Both the position numbers and the translations under genes were made by a program. This document shows, piece after piece, positions 39,801 to 53,298 of a DNA stretch of 64,000 nt. The DNA comes from Lama glama (Eukaryota), in NCBI GenBank assembly GCA_028534125.1, contig CM052816.1, positions 88,352,001-88,416,000 of the forward strand, written 5' to 3'. The stretch's first letter is position 1. Each line of letters starts with the position of its first letter. A model generated the notes under the pieces. It searched no databases and was not told the DNA's origin. It was given only the letters and a program-made list of their open reading frames with translations.

Positions 39801-41489
39801 GCACCTTCTGACATGGTAATTGTTATAGGCGATATAGCCCCGTTTTTTTTTTAAGCCATTAAATCTTTTTTTTTTTGCTCGTTTGTTTCCTTCAACTAAA
39901 TGCTGCCAATTTTGTAACAAAATTAAAGCAAATACTTCATTTGGACACAAAAACATAATCATAAAAAAGAATAATTGTTGTTTGGTTCTACTCCAACACA
40001 TAAAAGAGATTCAGCTTGAAAAATATTTCCAAGTCTCACTCCCTGCCAGTTACTTGCTATTAGGAAAAACTCAGGAGTCAGCTGATTCTAGCACACAGCC
40101 AGTGTTGTGAGGCACAAACTGCTATAACTTCTAATGGAAAAAAAAAATCTTATTATTTTATGTATATTCATTCTAATTCATTTGCAGGAAAAATATTTGT
40201 CCCTAGAAGTATAATATGATAACATTCCACATTATAGCACCAGTCACAGCCAAATACAATTTTATAATAACTAAAATGTAATGACAATGATTTTTGTAAA
40301 GAATGTTATATTAAAGTGAATGCTTAATGTATAATTTTACATACATTTTAATGTGATATGTATTAAATTATGCATTTATTGGAACATGAAGCATATTACA
40401 TTATACAAAACCGTGAAGTGAAAATTGTAAGTTGTGTTGAGCAATTTCCTTTCCCAGCTTTGTCTCATTATAGGCAAGGATGGAGCCCAAGGTTTATGTT
40501 CGATAAAGATCAATGTGGGCTTCCTGTTTCCCCAAGCGTGCTTCCCTCACAATGTGCTTATTACAGGCTACAGAAGTTGAACAAGGCCTTTCATTACTGC
40601 CTCATGAGGTCAGTTCCTGGCTTATTCGCTGTAAGGCCTGACATTTAGGGGGTTAGGGAAGATCCATCTAGGTGGGTTTTCACCATGTAGATTCTCTCTC
40701 CCCAGTGAGGATTCCATAGTGATCTCTCAAAATCTCAGATTAAGGGAGAGGATGGGATGCTCAATCTTGTGTAGTTCAGGGTAAAAAAGGGGAAAATAAA
40801 AAACCTTCAAACTCACTACAACACTTACATAGTCTCTATTTGGCAAATTATCCAGGCCAAATGGAGACTATACAAGTGTTACAACTTTGATGGAGAGTTT
40901 TAAGCATCAAGCAGTAGTCTAAATAAATCCATGTCTTGTAGGAGTGTCTGTCTCTGCACAGCATGTATTTCATGGACTGCTTGCATGTACGTATGCTGCA
41001 TTAGATTATATTCTTGAGTTACAGTAGTATGAATTAGCTACCTAAGGAAAATGGAATGTCCATCATTGTGTTCACAAGAACACAACAAGAGAATTTCTCC
41101 TTCACCATAGTTTCAATCAGGAATTAGGACTGAAAAGACATTTTTGAAACATAATTTTCCAAAAATTACTTTATTGTCATACAATAGAAAAATCTGAAAT
41201 TAAAACAAATTTCTACTTAAAACTTGAGTTGTTTCAGTCATTAGACTCATTACTTTATTATGAAGCCAAGATTTCAGAGAGTAGGGAGTGAAGAAATTAA
41301 CTATGGCAAGCAATTAAAATGTGACCACAAAGGCCCTAGCGTATTGATCTAAATGCTTCCACTTTTAGAGCTGTATTTATGAAAAACAACAAAAGCCAGA
41401 AAACTAACAATGGATGTTTTAAGGCCAAAAACAATATAGGAAAATTAACATCTTTTTGAGAGATATTTATAAAATGTTTAATCTATGAT

Positions 41490-41720
41490 CCAATATGTGA
41501 TTTTCTTTTTTCCCACCTGATTTTTGTTCTATTCTTTTTCTTTCTGCATTTGTATTAGTTATCTGTATAATTCTATTTAATCTCCACTATTGCCTTATTA
41601 TTCATAGCTAGGGTTTTTGTTATTGTTTTGTCTTGTGCTGTTTTTTTTTCACTCTGTATTTTATCTAGGAATTACAATATACATCTTAATTTAATCAATT
41701 TATCTTATAGTGAATGGAAT
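41490..41720 (-). mobile_element. Old L1M fragment
   Basis: T-rich, with atctccactattgccttatt and tctaggaattacaatatacatcttaatttaatca typical of antisense L1M relics. Confidence 0.5.
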
Positions 41721-43164
41721 TTAACTCAGTATATTATAAAGTACCTTATGAGTAGGGAGCTTTCAGTTAAGATTCAAGAAGCTGGGGTAAAGTTTTGAAT
41801 GCTAGATCACTGGTAAAAACTCTATGTATAAATCCCTCAGATGGTTCTCAATCTCGATTTTTCAAAAAATTTCTTCTTCCTTCTAACATGTATCTATAAA
41901 AACCAAGCAGAAAAATCTGTTAAAAAAAAGAGGGCCATACACTTTTGGCCAAAAAGTGGCAAACTGGCATGGAAAACTAGGTTTTAATTATAAGGCTTAT
42001 AGCTGGAGGGAACCTTGAAACAAAGAAATGGAAAACACAGTATATTTTAATCAATAAATTATCAAATTCTCAATTTAATCATTTCATAACAACATAAAGA
42101 ATACATATGTGTTTCTATGAATATTCCTATTTTTTTAAGCATAATTTCCTTTTGTTAAGTGTCATTGAGTAGTGGTTTCTGTCATTAGATATTACAGTTT
42201 CTTAGCTGATATAAAGTTAATTTGTTTTGAGTTCTCCATCTCATATTACTCTTCTGTTTTCTTAATTTTGCATGCTTAGCAAATGGCTAGCAAGAGTAGA
42301 AGGTAATTTAATCATGAAACATAGGGAAATTGATTTTTGTAAATAGTACCCTTTTTATACTAAGGAGTGTCTTAAGGGCAGAAAGGAAAATAAGGTGGTA
42401 TCTTAAAGTTTATGCCTTTGTTTTTCATTACAGTTAAAGAGAATATGTAATCTATTGCTTATTCTTGTTGCTTGGGGAAAATGTTTTCATTAAAATAGAC
42501 TGTGTATTATGAAGTTTGTCATAGTCTCTAAAAATAAGTATCAGACTTTTGTCTTCATTTTACTTTAAGTGCAGAAAAAGTAAAATTCCTTGTTTAATCT
42601 GTTTCTGTTGCACTGTTGGTATATGACTAAACAATATTAAATAGGCCAAATTTAAGAAGAATGGAATACCAAAATACGTTTTTTTACAAATTGCACATAT
42701 TGACTTAAACAACAGGAAAATTGATTTCCCAGATTGTGAATAGAAAGAGCTCCTCTGATTGAAAGTTTCCTACTCTGACACTTGAAAGGAAACTGAAATA
42801 TTATCAATTTAAAGAGAGCTCAAGAAAAGCATCATTTTAGAGCCTGAAAAAAACTGAAAATCCCTCAGAATTGATTCTTAACAAATCTGCAAAGACAGAG
42901 GGTTTTTTGGTCCCCACCTCCCCATTCTTCAGCTTTCACTAATTGTCTTTCCTTCCATCTCAAAAATCTAACCATCCTGCAGTGTGACCCAGACCTGCTA
43001 CCTCCTGGTACTATGTTGAATATCATTTCCCTATTGTGCATTAACTTAGTTTTTCTTAAATATGTACTAAAGATTTCCTTTGTTGGAAAGCTAATTCCAC
43101 ATCAATAATCCTTAAAGAATTTTTTTAAAAATTCAAGCAGACACAACCTCTACATCAGCACAAT

Positions 43165-43400
43165 ATTTCAAGGTGGAAGGGAGTAGCTGGTGCTGGGTTT
43201 GTCCTTACTTAATAACATTATTAATGATGTGGATGGCTGAACAAATATTATGAAATGGGAATTCATAGGTATTAAATATGTAGAGTATGCAGAAACAAAT
43301 ATGCTGGAAGGTGATGCCTGCAAAATGACCTAGAGAGGTTAAAAAAATTAATAGTTGTCCAATATTCTTCTAGTTTTCAATAAACTGGGTCATTTAATTA
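43165..43400 (+). mobile_element. CR1/L3 LINE reverse-transcriptase relic
   Basis: 43190-43234 translates VLGLSLLNNIINDVD (CR1: VLGPVLFNIFINDLD) and 43321-43344 translates QNDLERLK (CR1: QNDLDRLE), in the expected order. Confidence 0.65.
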
Positions 43401-45809
43401 ATAAAAAAAATAATCAGCAAAGACAAATGCAGCAATGACAGTTCAACCAACGGGTAAAGAAACAGCAGAAATTATATAATGTTGCATTGTGACATAGTGC
43501 AGTGTTCCATGCAAAATTTCTTAAGCTTTAGTTCATAGATAAAACCAAAAGCAGAAGTTCATCTGTTCTCCACTGAGAGGATAAATTATTTATATAGAAG
43601 TATATTTAAGCTCAAATAAATAACATGAATAATCTTTTCATTGTGAAGGTATAACATTCAAATAACTTGCTAATCTGAACTCTGGATCTTCATTAAGTTT
43701 GATCAATAATTGATAATCAAGATTCAGTTTGCAGTAACTCAAGATCTAATACTCAGAAGGGGAAACTGTTTTCTTCTTTAACTTTCATATGGGTTTTGGA
43801 ACTCTCTGTTCAGTAGGCTGTGGGTTGAAATTTATTCTCAGTCTTTCCAAGTTATTTTGAAACATTTTCATTCAACTAATTTATTATTCCTAACTTTGGG
43901 GAAACTTTTTATCTATTACATCTCAGATTCTTCGCTTAATTCCTTTGACGATTCAATGTAAATAAATAGTTCTATTTTCTCGCTATACTAAAAATTCACT
44001 ATAGATTTATGTACTCACTCACTTACACACAGACACTCTGTCTGTGAAAGAATTTGAACTTCAAAATAATTAAGTTAGAATTCTTTTAGTTCAGATAATA
44101 TAGTATCCATGGCACACCTACTTTTATCATAACTCAAATTAAAACCATTTCATTGTCATTCATTAGATTTTCTCTGTGGAAGGAAATACATCACATGCTA
44201 TGTTATAAAAATAGGAGTGAAACTAAATACAGTGTTTTAGGAGGTGACAAAGTTTTATTTTATCTTAAGGGACATTTAATAAAATCTCTCTCCCTTACTA
44301 CTTTACCCACAATCTAGACAAATTGAATGGAATCCATAGGCATTTTAACAAGATTACTACTGAATTTTGCAATGCATTGCAATCAGGTATTTATTGAGGC
44401 CACTGTTTTATATATTCTTAGCTTCTATGAACAATGTGTAGGCATTTTCAAAATGAGGGCACTTTCCTATCTAGCCAAATTATCACAGAAAATGTCCATT
44501 ATTTCCTCAGTCTTAATAACAAAACAGTACAGAATTCACTCTACATATTCATGGACTTCATCTCCTATATATTCAATCTCTCTGTTACCAGTTATATTTT
44601 TGCTGTAATTTTGAAAAAAATCTTAGTTATAATCTTTATTTTTAATAATTTATTTAAAATGCACTGATAAAGCAAATAATTAAAGCACTGCCAAAAAACT
44701 CTCTTTTATTATTTCAGATAAAAGTCCTGTAAATTCTAGCTCTCCTTGATTTTTTTACCATTGTAGCTCATCAGTAAATTTTGATTAATTATTAAACATT
44801 TCTCCTTTTCTATATTAAAAAATAGCAGTTATTAACATCCCATTTAATATTCTTTGAATTGTTTTAGTGGGACATTTCATTCTCTTTTAGTGACATGCAT
44901 AGGTGATAAAGAAAGCCATATGTAGCATGTATGTTCCATCTGTTTTCGTATAGATTAAAATGCCATCAGTTTGGGATCTAACGGCCCTGGTGCCCATGAT
45001 TATTTTTAAAGAAATACCACTAACTCCCTGCATGAATAGTTAGAACTCACATTTTCTTAATTCCCCTTTAGTTTTAATAGAACTATCGATCAATAGCTTT
45101 GGCAAAGTATCTGATTTACTATTCATTTAACTCAATGTATTCCTTGAAATGGTAAGATACCATGTTATGTAAGGTTTAGTCCATTGTGCTCCCTTAAGGA
45201 GGGTGACACTGCCACAGGCTGCTTCCATAGCTCCACTGAGCACTCCCCTCGCTGTGCAGGATCCAAGAAGAGAGTTGCAAGTACCTTCTAGCATTGAGAG
45301 GACTTCTCCATATTTATATTATTTTGATGTAAGAGAGATCAGTACAAAGGGAAGCAATAGAGTAGTACTTAGACTCAAACTCTCATTAAGAAGCCATACA
45401 TGCCATGCTTCACTCAACTTGTACGCCCTCCCACGTGACCCAGTCCCTGTTGAACACTTCCTCCCGACAGGAGAAGATACTGACTGCCTACTTGGGAGTT
45501 GTTGTATAAATAATATCTAATTACCTTCTCTAACCTTCTCAAAGACCCACCAATAGCTGTAGTAGAGTTATATCCAACTTTTCCTAAAACTTAAAAATGT
45601 CAGATTGGTGAACAAAATTCTATTCAATGATCTCTCCCTCAAGTCTCACACCTCTAAGTCTAAGCTCTAAGATATCATGAACTCTTTTCCCCAGCATTTT
45701 GAATACTATTATTATAATATACCCATTGTGGCTTGGATGGAAACTCTGAAGGTAATAAAAAACAATATTTATCATCTAGGAGTTGGGGGAATAGTTCAAC
45801 ATAATAGGG

Positions 45810-46095
45810 TGGTTTTCATATCTGCCTGACCATAATCTCACCAGTCTTCAAGACTTAGTTCAAAACCACTTTTCTCAAGTCTTCCTGAACCCTCAGCATT
45901 CTTTATCTCTGCCGTAATTCTAGGACTGACAGGAACATCTTAGTGTTTGTTTATTTTATTGTTGCAAATATTGTTGCAAATATCCAAATTAAATTCAGAA
46001 TTCTTTGCCAATACAGCTTATAAGTGTTTCTCTCTGCATTTTCAAAACTAAGACCCTGATTAGACATTTAATATAATTTATTAATGTATAGATAA
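45810..46095 (+). mobile_element. L2 3' fragment
   Basis: tcttcaagacttagttcaaaaccacttttctcaagtcttcctgaaccc resembles an L2 3' segment. Confidence 0.5.
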
Positions 46096-48239
46096 TTAAT
46101 TGCTACCCATAGATTTTTTTAAAAGCGTTTAAGTCTTAATGCTTTGAAATCTAAGGGAAGGAATTTTGGGAGAAAGAAGTGAGTCATCATAGAAGCTGAT
46201 GTACAGAGAATGAAATGTGAAGTCTGGCAGACTGAATATCATGTCAAACATGTTTTTCCAAAGCAGTTAAACTGGGCTTTTAATGGTAATACTTAGACTT
46301 TTCAGACAAAATGTGTACCAACTGAACTAATTCTTATAAAATGACTCTGAAATCTCCAAACTAAAATATAATCTCACAGTCATTATTTGTGACAAAGCAT
46401 TAATATGTTTTATACCTTGATTACGAAAAATAGAAGACGTGAGAGAAGGAAAAAAGCTTTATGGAGAGTTACAACATTTGAAACCTAAATTGATCATACG
46501 TAAATTTTCCCTAGGGCTATTTTAATAGCAAAATCAAACTCAGGAACCCAGGCTCCTGTAAACAAAGGAGTTTAATTGTACCTCACTTGCCCTTTCTTCT
46601 TAGTCTCCTGATTTTCTCAGTAGCTTCTGGGGAGTAAGAACCATCCCCTATGGAGCGTAGAGGTCCGTGGAGGTCTGATGATGGTAATGATCTTTGTGAA
46701 ACTGTGAGGTGAACATTGTACATGAAACTGCTTTATAATGAGGCATCTGGGGAAAATTCTACTCTTTCTGTTGGGTCTCCTGAAACTAGCCAACATTATC
46801 TTTGTTTGGGGCAGACATTCTGTCCTCTGTATATGATCATAGAGCTGTTGGAAATATCTTTTTGCTAGGCTTCATGCTATGTCAGAGAATGCTTCTTTTT
46901 TCCCTTTTTTCTCTTTTTTTAAAAAGATATTGATGCATCTATTTCCAAGGATTTGTGACCACATTGCGGCCCTCGGGTTTTGTGAGTTACATACTTCTCA
47001 TCAACACAGTCTTAATTTTTTATTAAAATCACATTTTTAAACTCATTGCTGAGAGTTTATTTCTAATTTTTTAAAAAGCATATTTAAAGCACAAAATAAA
47101 TAAATAATTTTAGATTTGCACCTTGCAAGAAATGTTACATCCTTCTAAGAAACACACATAGGCTACGCTATATACAATCTACAGCAGGACTGCTCAGTTA
47201 CAGTTTATTGCACACCGTTCTTATACAACTAAATGCTATTTTTCAAACGTCTCACTCTCCGAGTCACTGGGAGAAGGCAAGTGATAGAGATTTTACAATC
47301 GTGTGAGAAAAATCTGTATCTGGACACACATTAGAACACATAGTACAGGGCGAGGTATTACTATATAATATGAACTACTATGTTATAAGTGTTAAAATTC
47401 TCCAGATTAATAACGCCCTGCCCATATTTTATATAACTCACTGGTTTGCTAATCCATAATGTAAAAATAATCCTGTGGTGGGCGCAAACAGCTCATTCAA
47501 TTGGAAATTGGCCTCCCATCTCAATACTATTATTTTCTTCCTCAGATGAAGTGTAGTTTACTTTCTGTCATCAGTAACATGGGATAAAGATCTCAGAAGA
47601 GTCTACATTGGGAACGTGAACTCTAGCCACTACACAGTATGGTAAGCATGGTAAACAATAAGATGACATGAAGTTAAGAAATAGGAAGGCAAAAAAACAG
47701 AAGTAATACTGACTCATTTAATAACTATTGATAAAATAATTTTTAAAATGGCAAATAATATATAATAAGATATAAAATGATACATGTAGATAGATTATAG
47801 GTTTCACAGTTTGTCAGATAGTTGGGCATATTTTATTGTTATTCTCTGTGTACAAGAACACATAAGATAAGATTGATATAGAGAGAAACAAGCAAGGCTA
47901 GTAAAGACAGGTGAGGAGATGGATTATAGAAACTGTCTTACATGTCCTAGGGGCCTGTTACCATGTCTTCCTCATATTCATATTAAGCATACCTTATTAG
48001 GAGTGTTAAGTTTGGGTTTTTCTGGATATGTATGTAATCTCTCCCCACTTCTACTCCCATTTGAAGATCATTGGTCCAAGAATCCTACAAGTAATGGGAA
48101 CTTGCAATAGGCAAAGTCAGGTGTATTAATAAAAACACCAACAACAAAATGTGTTGTAAGCACCTTTACATAATATAATGTCTCTATTTATTGTTTTCCT
48201 GTGGATCTACATTCCAGGAAGTTGGATTTGAAAAGCTGA

Positions 48240-48611
48240 GGCAGAGGTAGATAGCTCTTCACTAAAATTTTTCCTCCTGGGTACACGGCTTGCCTAGATT
48301 CCCATATGGCTGAGTCCTAGTTAACATGCACTACGTCCAAGGCTGGACCACATACATCTCTCCCTGACTCTCCAGTTCTTTCCACATTTGTCTGATGAAA
48401 ATGGAGAAACCCAAGGCGCTATAGATGGTTGGATCTACAAGACTGAAGGAGGCCTTAATTGAGTTCCTGAATTACCATGTGGACAAAGCCACCCACTGAC
48501 CAGGAATGTCTGTATTTCAGTGTTGTCAATGAGGAATAAAATTTAACCTTTAATCTCACTTAACCTTGAGGACCATTAGTTAAAGTTACTAGTGTTACCC
48601 AAGCTGGTACA
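48240..48611 (+). mobile_element. MaLR solo LTR (MLT1J-like)
   Basis: ttcctcctgggtacac, catatggctgagtcctag, agatggttggatctacaagactgaaggag, cctgaattaccatgtgga and the terminus ctagtgttacccaagctggtaca. Confidence 0.7.
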
Positions 48612-51339
48612 GGAGACCCATAAATAACTCTCCATTTTCCCCTCTTCAAATTCAAAATGAATTAAGATATAGGCATGGGAGTCAAACAGCTGGTGGTAAA
48701 ATATGACCTTATTTATGTAAAAAGCTATTCCATGGGATGCAGTGTAGCATCTCATGAGCTTCCAAAGATGTCGGGGTAAGTGAGCCTTATTCTAGCCTTG
48801 AAGTTCTGTTCTAGTTCTCAGCACACATATAAACTTCAAGGAGGATAACTTAGCCTGCAGGGGCCAGGGATGATTAATAAAACCTTCTGTTATGCCTACA
48901 TGCACTGACCTACACTGTACCCTGTATTCAAATTGCATATTGCATAATTGTGACAAATGAAGTGCACCAGGCCTAAAGGAGCTAATCTCTGGCATATGTC
49001 CAGATAAGCTTAAAAGAAGACTTGCTTAAGCTACAAGTTTAAAGTTTAAAGGTGCACCAGTCACTGGGGTGTGGATCTTTCTGAGGTGTGAGAAAACCTT
49101 CCCTGTCTCAGAAATTATGATCTGCAGTGGGGGCTCCCCCGACAAGGACACTGGTATCCAGTCCCTTGAAACGTACATTGTTTTGTCATGAACTTGAATG
49201 TGCAGCTTTTCTTCTGTAAATTTTTATAACCAAGCGTTGTTTGGATTGCCCAGGTGGTGTCAGTGTCTGGTCTCTCCATGAATTTGGACTTCCTATTGAC
49301 ATTGGTAAGTACAGAGGACACACACAGGCAGAGATTGCTCTCCAAGCCTTGCCTTAAAAGCAAATAAAATGTATAGTCCTTTTGCAAACAACTTATCAAG
49401 TTTAGTTTGGTTTGGTTTGGTTTTTTAATGATTCCTTGGAATGCTGTGATAATTATAGTGGTGAATTGAAAGTTTCTGGCATTAGTTAAAGTCATCCAAG
49501 CAAAATAATTTTGTAGAACGAGAGCGAATAATAAAATGATGGAATCATCACTGCTTCGTAGGCTCTTAGAACCCTGAAAAGGGCATCCTCTGCTTTTAGG
49601 CACAGAACTGAATCATTTTATTCTCTGCTTCTTAATTCGCATTTCTGTTATTCACCTCTAAATGCCTTTGTCCATTTCTTAGTAGTCTGTTCTTAAGTAA
49701 TATGCTTCTACTATTTTCATAAGCTATTTTATTTTATTTTATTTTAATTTTTATTCTAGAAATAGAAGCTGCTTGACGCTGGATGCAAAATATCTTTGCT
49801 ATAGCAATTGTCTAATATGTTTTCCTTGAAGTGAATAGGGTAAGAGTAACACACACACACTCTCAAAGCTCTAAACAAACACCACAAAAAACATATACCA
49901 TCAGAAAATTACTAGGATTTGCTGTGAGATAAAAGCTCTAAGTGGCACTGCATCCAAACTTTCTGCATAGGTCTGTAGATTTTTATATATTATTCAGTTC
50001 ATTAAAAAAAAACCTTAAAATAAAAAGCACACATGACAGAAACTAAACGAGATAGTCACAGAGAACATCAGAAATAGTAATTTAATCTCCTATACAATAT
50101 TAAAGTTGTTCAGAGACTATTTTGGCTTCTTTGGATTCTCTTTCAGCCCTAATTCAGTTTATATATGCATGTGTGTATAGGGAGTGGGGGATGGAATTAA
50201 TTATCCCAAACATCGTGCCTCCACGCCTCTAACATTATTCATGTTAACACACAAACCTGTTATCTTCATTACTATTACACTGCATTCAAATTACAACACA
50301 ATTAGAGATCATTAACTCTCTCCTTTATAATCAGCAATTTTCCCAGGCCACAGATACACATGCACCTCTAATATATTTCTGTGCATCTTACACTTTCATT
50401 TACCAGAGTGTCAAAACACCTTTTTTTTCCCCATCATTGCTGTTTGCTTTAGTTTCTGCAAGCTGGCTGTTAGAAGACAGTTATTTCTCCTAAATGGCTT
50501 TTCCCTCACTCTCACTATTTTTTCAGAGAAAGAATAAAACACTGTACAGATCAGAAGCTTTGGTCTTGTGCTTTTAATGTTATGCACAAAAAAGCTTATT
50601 TATGTCTGCCGACCTCACACTGAAGAGGAAGGCACACCTCTTTATTATTTCTTCTGCACTTTATCAAAGAAATGCATGGAAAACAGATCTTTCCTGAGGT
50701 ATTATATACTCATGTGCTTTAAAAATAAAGAAAACTCAATAAGCCAAAACAAATGCTGTATACAAAAGCGTCTTATTGATTAATTTACCCCAATTCAGTT
50801 AAAGTTTCTTTCTACTTCATGTACATGTAGGCATAAAATTGCATATTTATATGTTGTAGTCATGTGCTTATCTGGTGCTGCAATTCTAATGTCTAGTAGG
50901 TTTTATTCTATTTCAGTTTATTGGTTTTATCGTTTTCCAGAATGTGCTTACGGAAGGCACTCTCAGGCATGAAAGAAAATGATAAGCAGGCTAGCACATA
51001 ACTATTCTTAACATGACGAACTTTCTGATTTTTAGTGACCTGTCTTCGTTTTCTCTCTCACTTCCCCACCCAGAGAACATTTTTGGTTGTGGACAAAAAG
51101 GCAGTTAACGAAAGTATTGCCCACTTTTTCTGTCTCATGCAGACAATGAGCTCTTTACTGGTTTTTCCTTGCTAATCTCTTTTGCACAAGGCAGCCGGAG
51201 TGAGCCTTCCAGAACACACATCTGACAACGTCAACAACCAGCTTATAAGGGCGTGGGATCACTTTCAATTGTCACGAGCACACTGCTTTGAACAGAATAT
51301 ATCATCAAAATACCTGCTAGATATTCAATGCCCCCGGGA

Positions 51340-51672
51340 CAAAGTCTCAACTCTAATCTGTCTTCACTTACCAGTGTCTGGTGACCTTTCAGCTTCATTA
51401 CTGATCATCACCCAGTGTCATGACGGTGACACGGAGCCTCTTCCATAATATTTACCAGCAGAAGGCAGGAAGAGTTGAGATAATTCCTTCAGCATTTAAA
51501 TGTCTCAGCTCAGATGTGACACATGTCACTTGTGCTCATATGTCATTATCCTGGAGTCTCATGACCCTTCCCAACTGCAGGGAGGGTGTGGGTGGGGTTG
51601 GAAGTATGGTCTCTATGTGCCTTGAAGGGAAAAGAAGCAAATACCAGGGAACACCAGTACTGTGGTCCCAGC
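51340..51672 (-). mobile_element. MaLR LTR (MLT1I-like)
   Basis: cagcatttaaatgtctcagctcagatgtgacacatgtcacttgtgctcatatgtcatt...ccaactgcagggag...tatgtgccttgaagggaaaag. Confidence 0.65.
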
Positions 51673-51739
51673 ATGAGATCCATAACAAGGACTTCATAAA
51701 CACTTAATGAGTAATAATCAAGATCCGTTTGACTGCGAG

Positions 51740-52150
51740 AGATTAACACAAAAACACTTTGGTAAACGGGAATTTCTAGCTCTTGTGCAAAATCTCCAAA
51801 AGAGGAAGGCAGGGGTGCTGCTTGGCTTTATGTTTCACAGAAGCATGGAATTTCCATTTTAGAGACTTTTTCTACTGATTTCTCATCTCTGCCTTCCCCT
51901 GGATCTCAGCCTCATTTCTCAGACTGGTCTCCAGCACAGCTGTAGAGGTAGAATTGTCAATTCCAAGTTTTACAATCCCCCGTTTTCCCAACTGAGTCTT
52001 GCTCTCCCTTCATTCCAAGTTCAAATGTATTATCAAAGGACTCTGGTTCCTAGTTTAGCCTCTTGACCTGTCTAATAGGTCTATGGGAATTGGAATAATA
52101 TGATCAATGCAGCTTGAATGAAAAATGCATCTTTGAACCAATCGCCACAT
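51740..52150 (-). mobile_element. Old MaLR LTR fragment
   Basis: tctcatctctgccttcccctggatctcagcctcatttctcagactgg, aaggactctggtt and ctttgaaccaatc resemble late MLT1 families. Confidence 0.45.
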
Positions 52151-52231
52151 CCAGAAAGTAGAGATGAAGCACTATGTGACTTACTGAATCCTAATTACCT
52201 GAAATGCTGAAGCAGTGTCTGCCCTTCTACC

Positions 52232-52668
52232 GTGAGAGATGGAATATACCGATGGCCAATGGTCATCCCATGTATCAGAATAGAACACTGACCTATAACC
52301 CCTGCAGCAACCAGTCTGAAGCACAGACCTCTACAGCATTTGGTCCCGAATGGTACGGAATTGGTTGATAACTGATAGCTTCCCTAATTTTTGCCCTCCA
52401 GCTTCAACTTTGAACCAACCACAGAAAGCCGATTGTGAGGCTTAGCCAATCACATAGGATGCCCTGTTCTAGCTGGCTGACCCCCAGAGTCCCTGTGCTA
52501 ACAATCTCCAATCAGGCCACATGTAAAGCTTTCTCTTCTTTCTGCTACAGTTTTTTTCTGTTCCCTGTCTGCCTTTTGATGGTAGCTGACTCCCTCAATA
52601 TATCAAGTTCTGAAAAATATCTTTTGCTTCTTATCTTTTGGGAGATTTTTGTTTGTGTTCACCTCCAT
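52232..52668 (+). mobile_element. ERV1-class solo LTR (MER89/MER90/MER110 group, exact family uncertain)
   Basis: ctgcagcaaccag, agcttccctaatttttgccc, aaccaaccacagaaagcc and ccaatcacataggatgccc match a recalled ERV1 LTR consensus; three CCAAT boxes. Confidence 0.7.
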
Positions 52669-53274
52669 TAAAGAGACTTGCAATAACCCTTACACTAAAT
52701 GCTCCTAATTATGCAAAGCTTTTACCTTTTACTCAATAAAAAAATCCTTTTTGGACCAGGTTACCAAAGAATGCCCATGTAGTGAAAACTTGCAGTCATT
52801 GCTAAATTAGTAGAGGCTCTTGCCTTACTTATTTATTTCCCCTTTTTTGTTGTTGTTGTTTGTTTTTGTATTATCTTATGGGTTCCCTATATGATAGAAA
52901 CATTATTACTCCAAGTTAACACCGTATATTTAAACCTGTGCTATTACTATTTATGAAGTTCTTCCGTAATTTACATGTCACATGACCAGCAAAGATGCAT
53001 TCATTTTTAACCTGATTTCTTTTTCTCCTTCAGGATGAAGTACCACAATGTATATATTTGAAAGTGATTCAGCTCTCATCTTGTCCAGCCAGACCTGCCT
53101 TAAATGGCATACCCTTTTAATTAATCCTGATCTTATGTTCTGTGTTGATAGTCCTAACTTGGGCACGAGAAAGTAATATGGTTTTGGATAGGCTGTTACT
53201 TCTGAGCTCTGAGCCTGCCTGGATAGTTGAGTTAATTCTTATAATTGGAATATGTGTCCTGGCCAGAGGCAGAC

Positions 53275-53298
53275 AGAGAGAGAGAGAGAGAGAGAGAG
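53275..53298. repeat. (AG)n microsatellite
   Basis: about 12 AG units, with a degenerate extension to about 53316. Confidence 0.95.

Noticed and set aside
45959..45982. 12-bp tandem duplication ttgttgcaaata
   Set aside because: Ordinary slippage duplication with no functional indication.
47346..47420. cagggcg...cgccctg inverted pair as a possible mini-hAT element
   Set aside because: Only 7 bp of perfect inverted match and no 8-bp TSD.
49254..49304. 51-nt exon-like segment ending ttg|gtaagt
   Set aside because: Weak polypyrimidine tract and unrecognised peptides.
49115..49603. Longest ORF in the track (162 aa, minus strand)
   Set aside because: No recognisable domain, non-ATG start, and it runs through a simple ttgg/ccaa repeat; an ORF of this length is plausible by chance in six frames of 64 kb.
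53034..53120. Strong acceptor (tttctttttctccttcag|gatgaag)
   Set aside because: No good donor nearby and all frames terminate quickly; treated as an isolated pseudo-acceptor.
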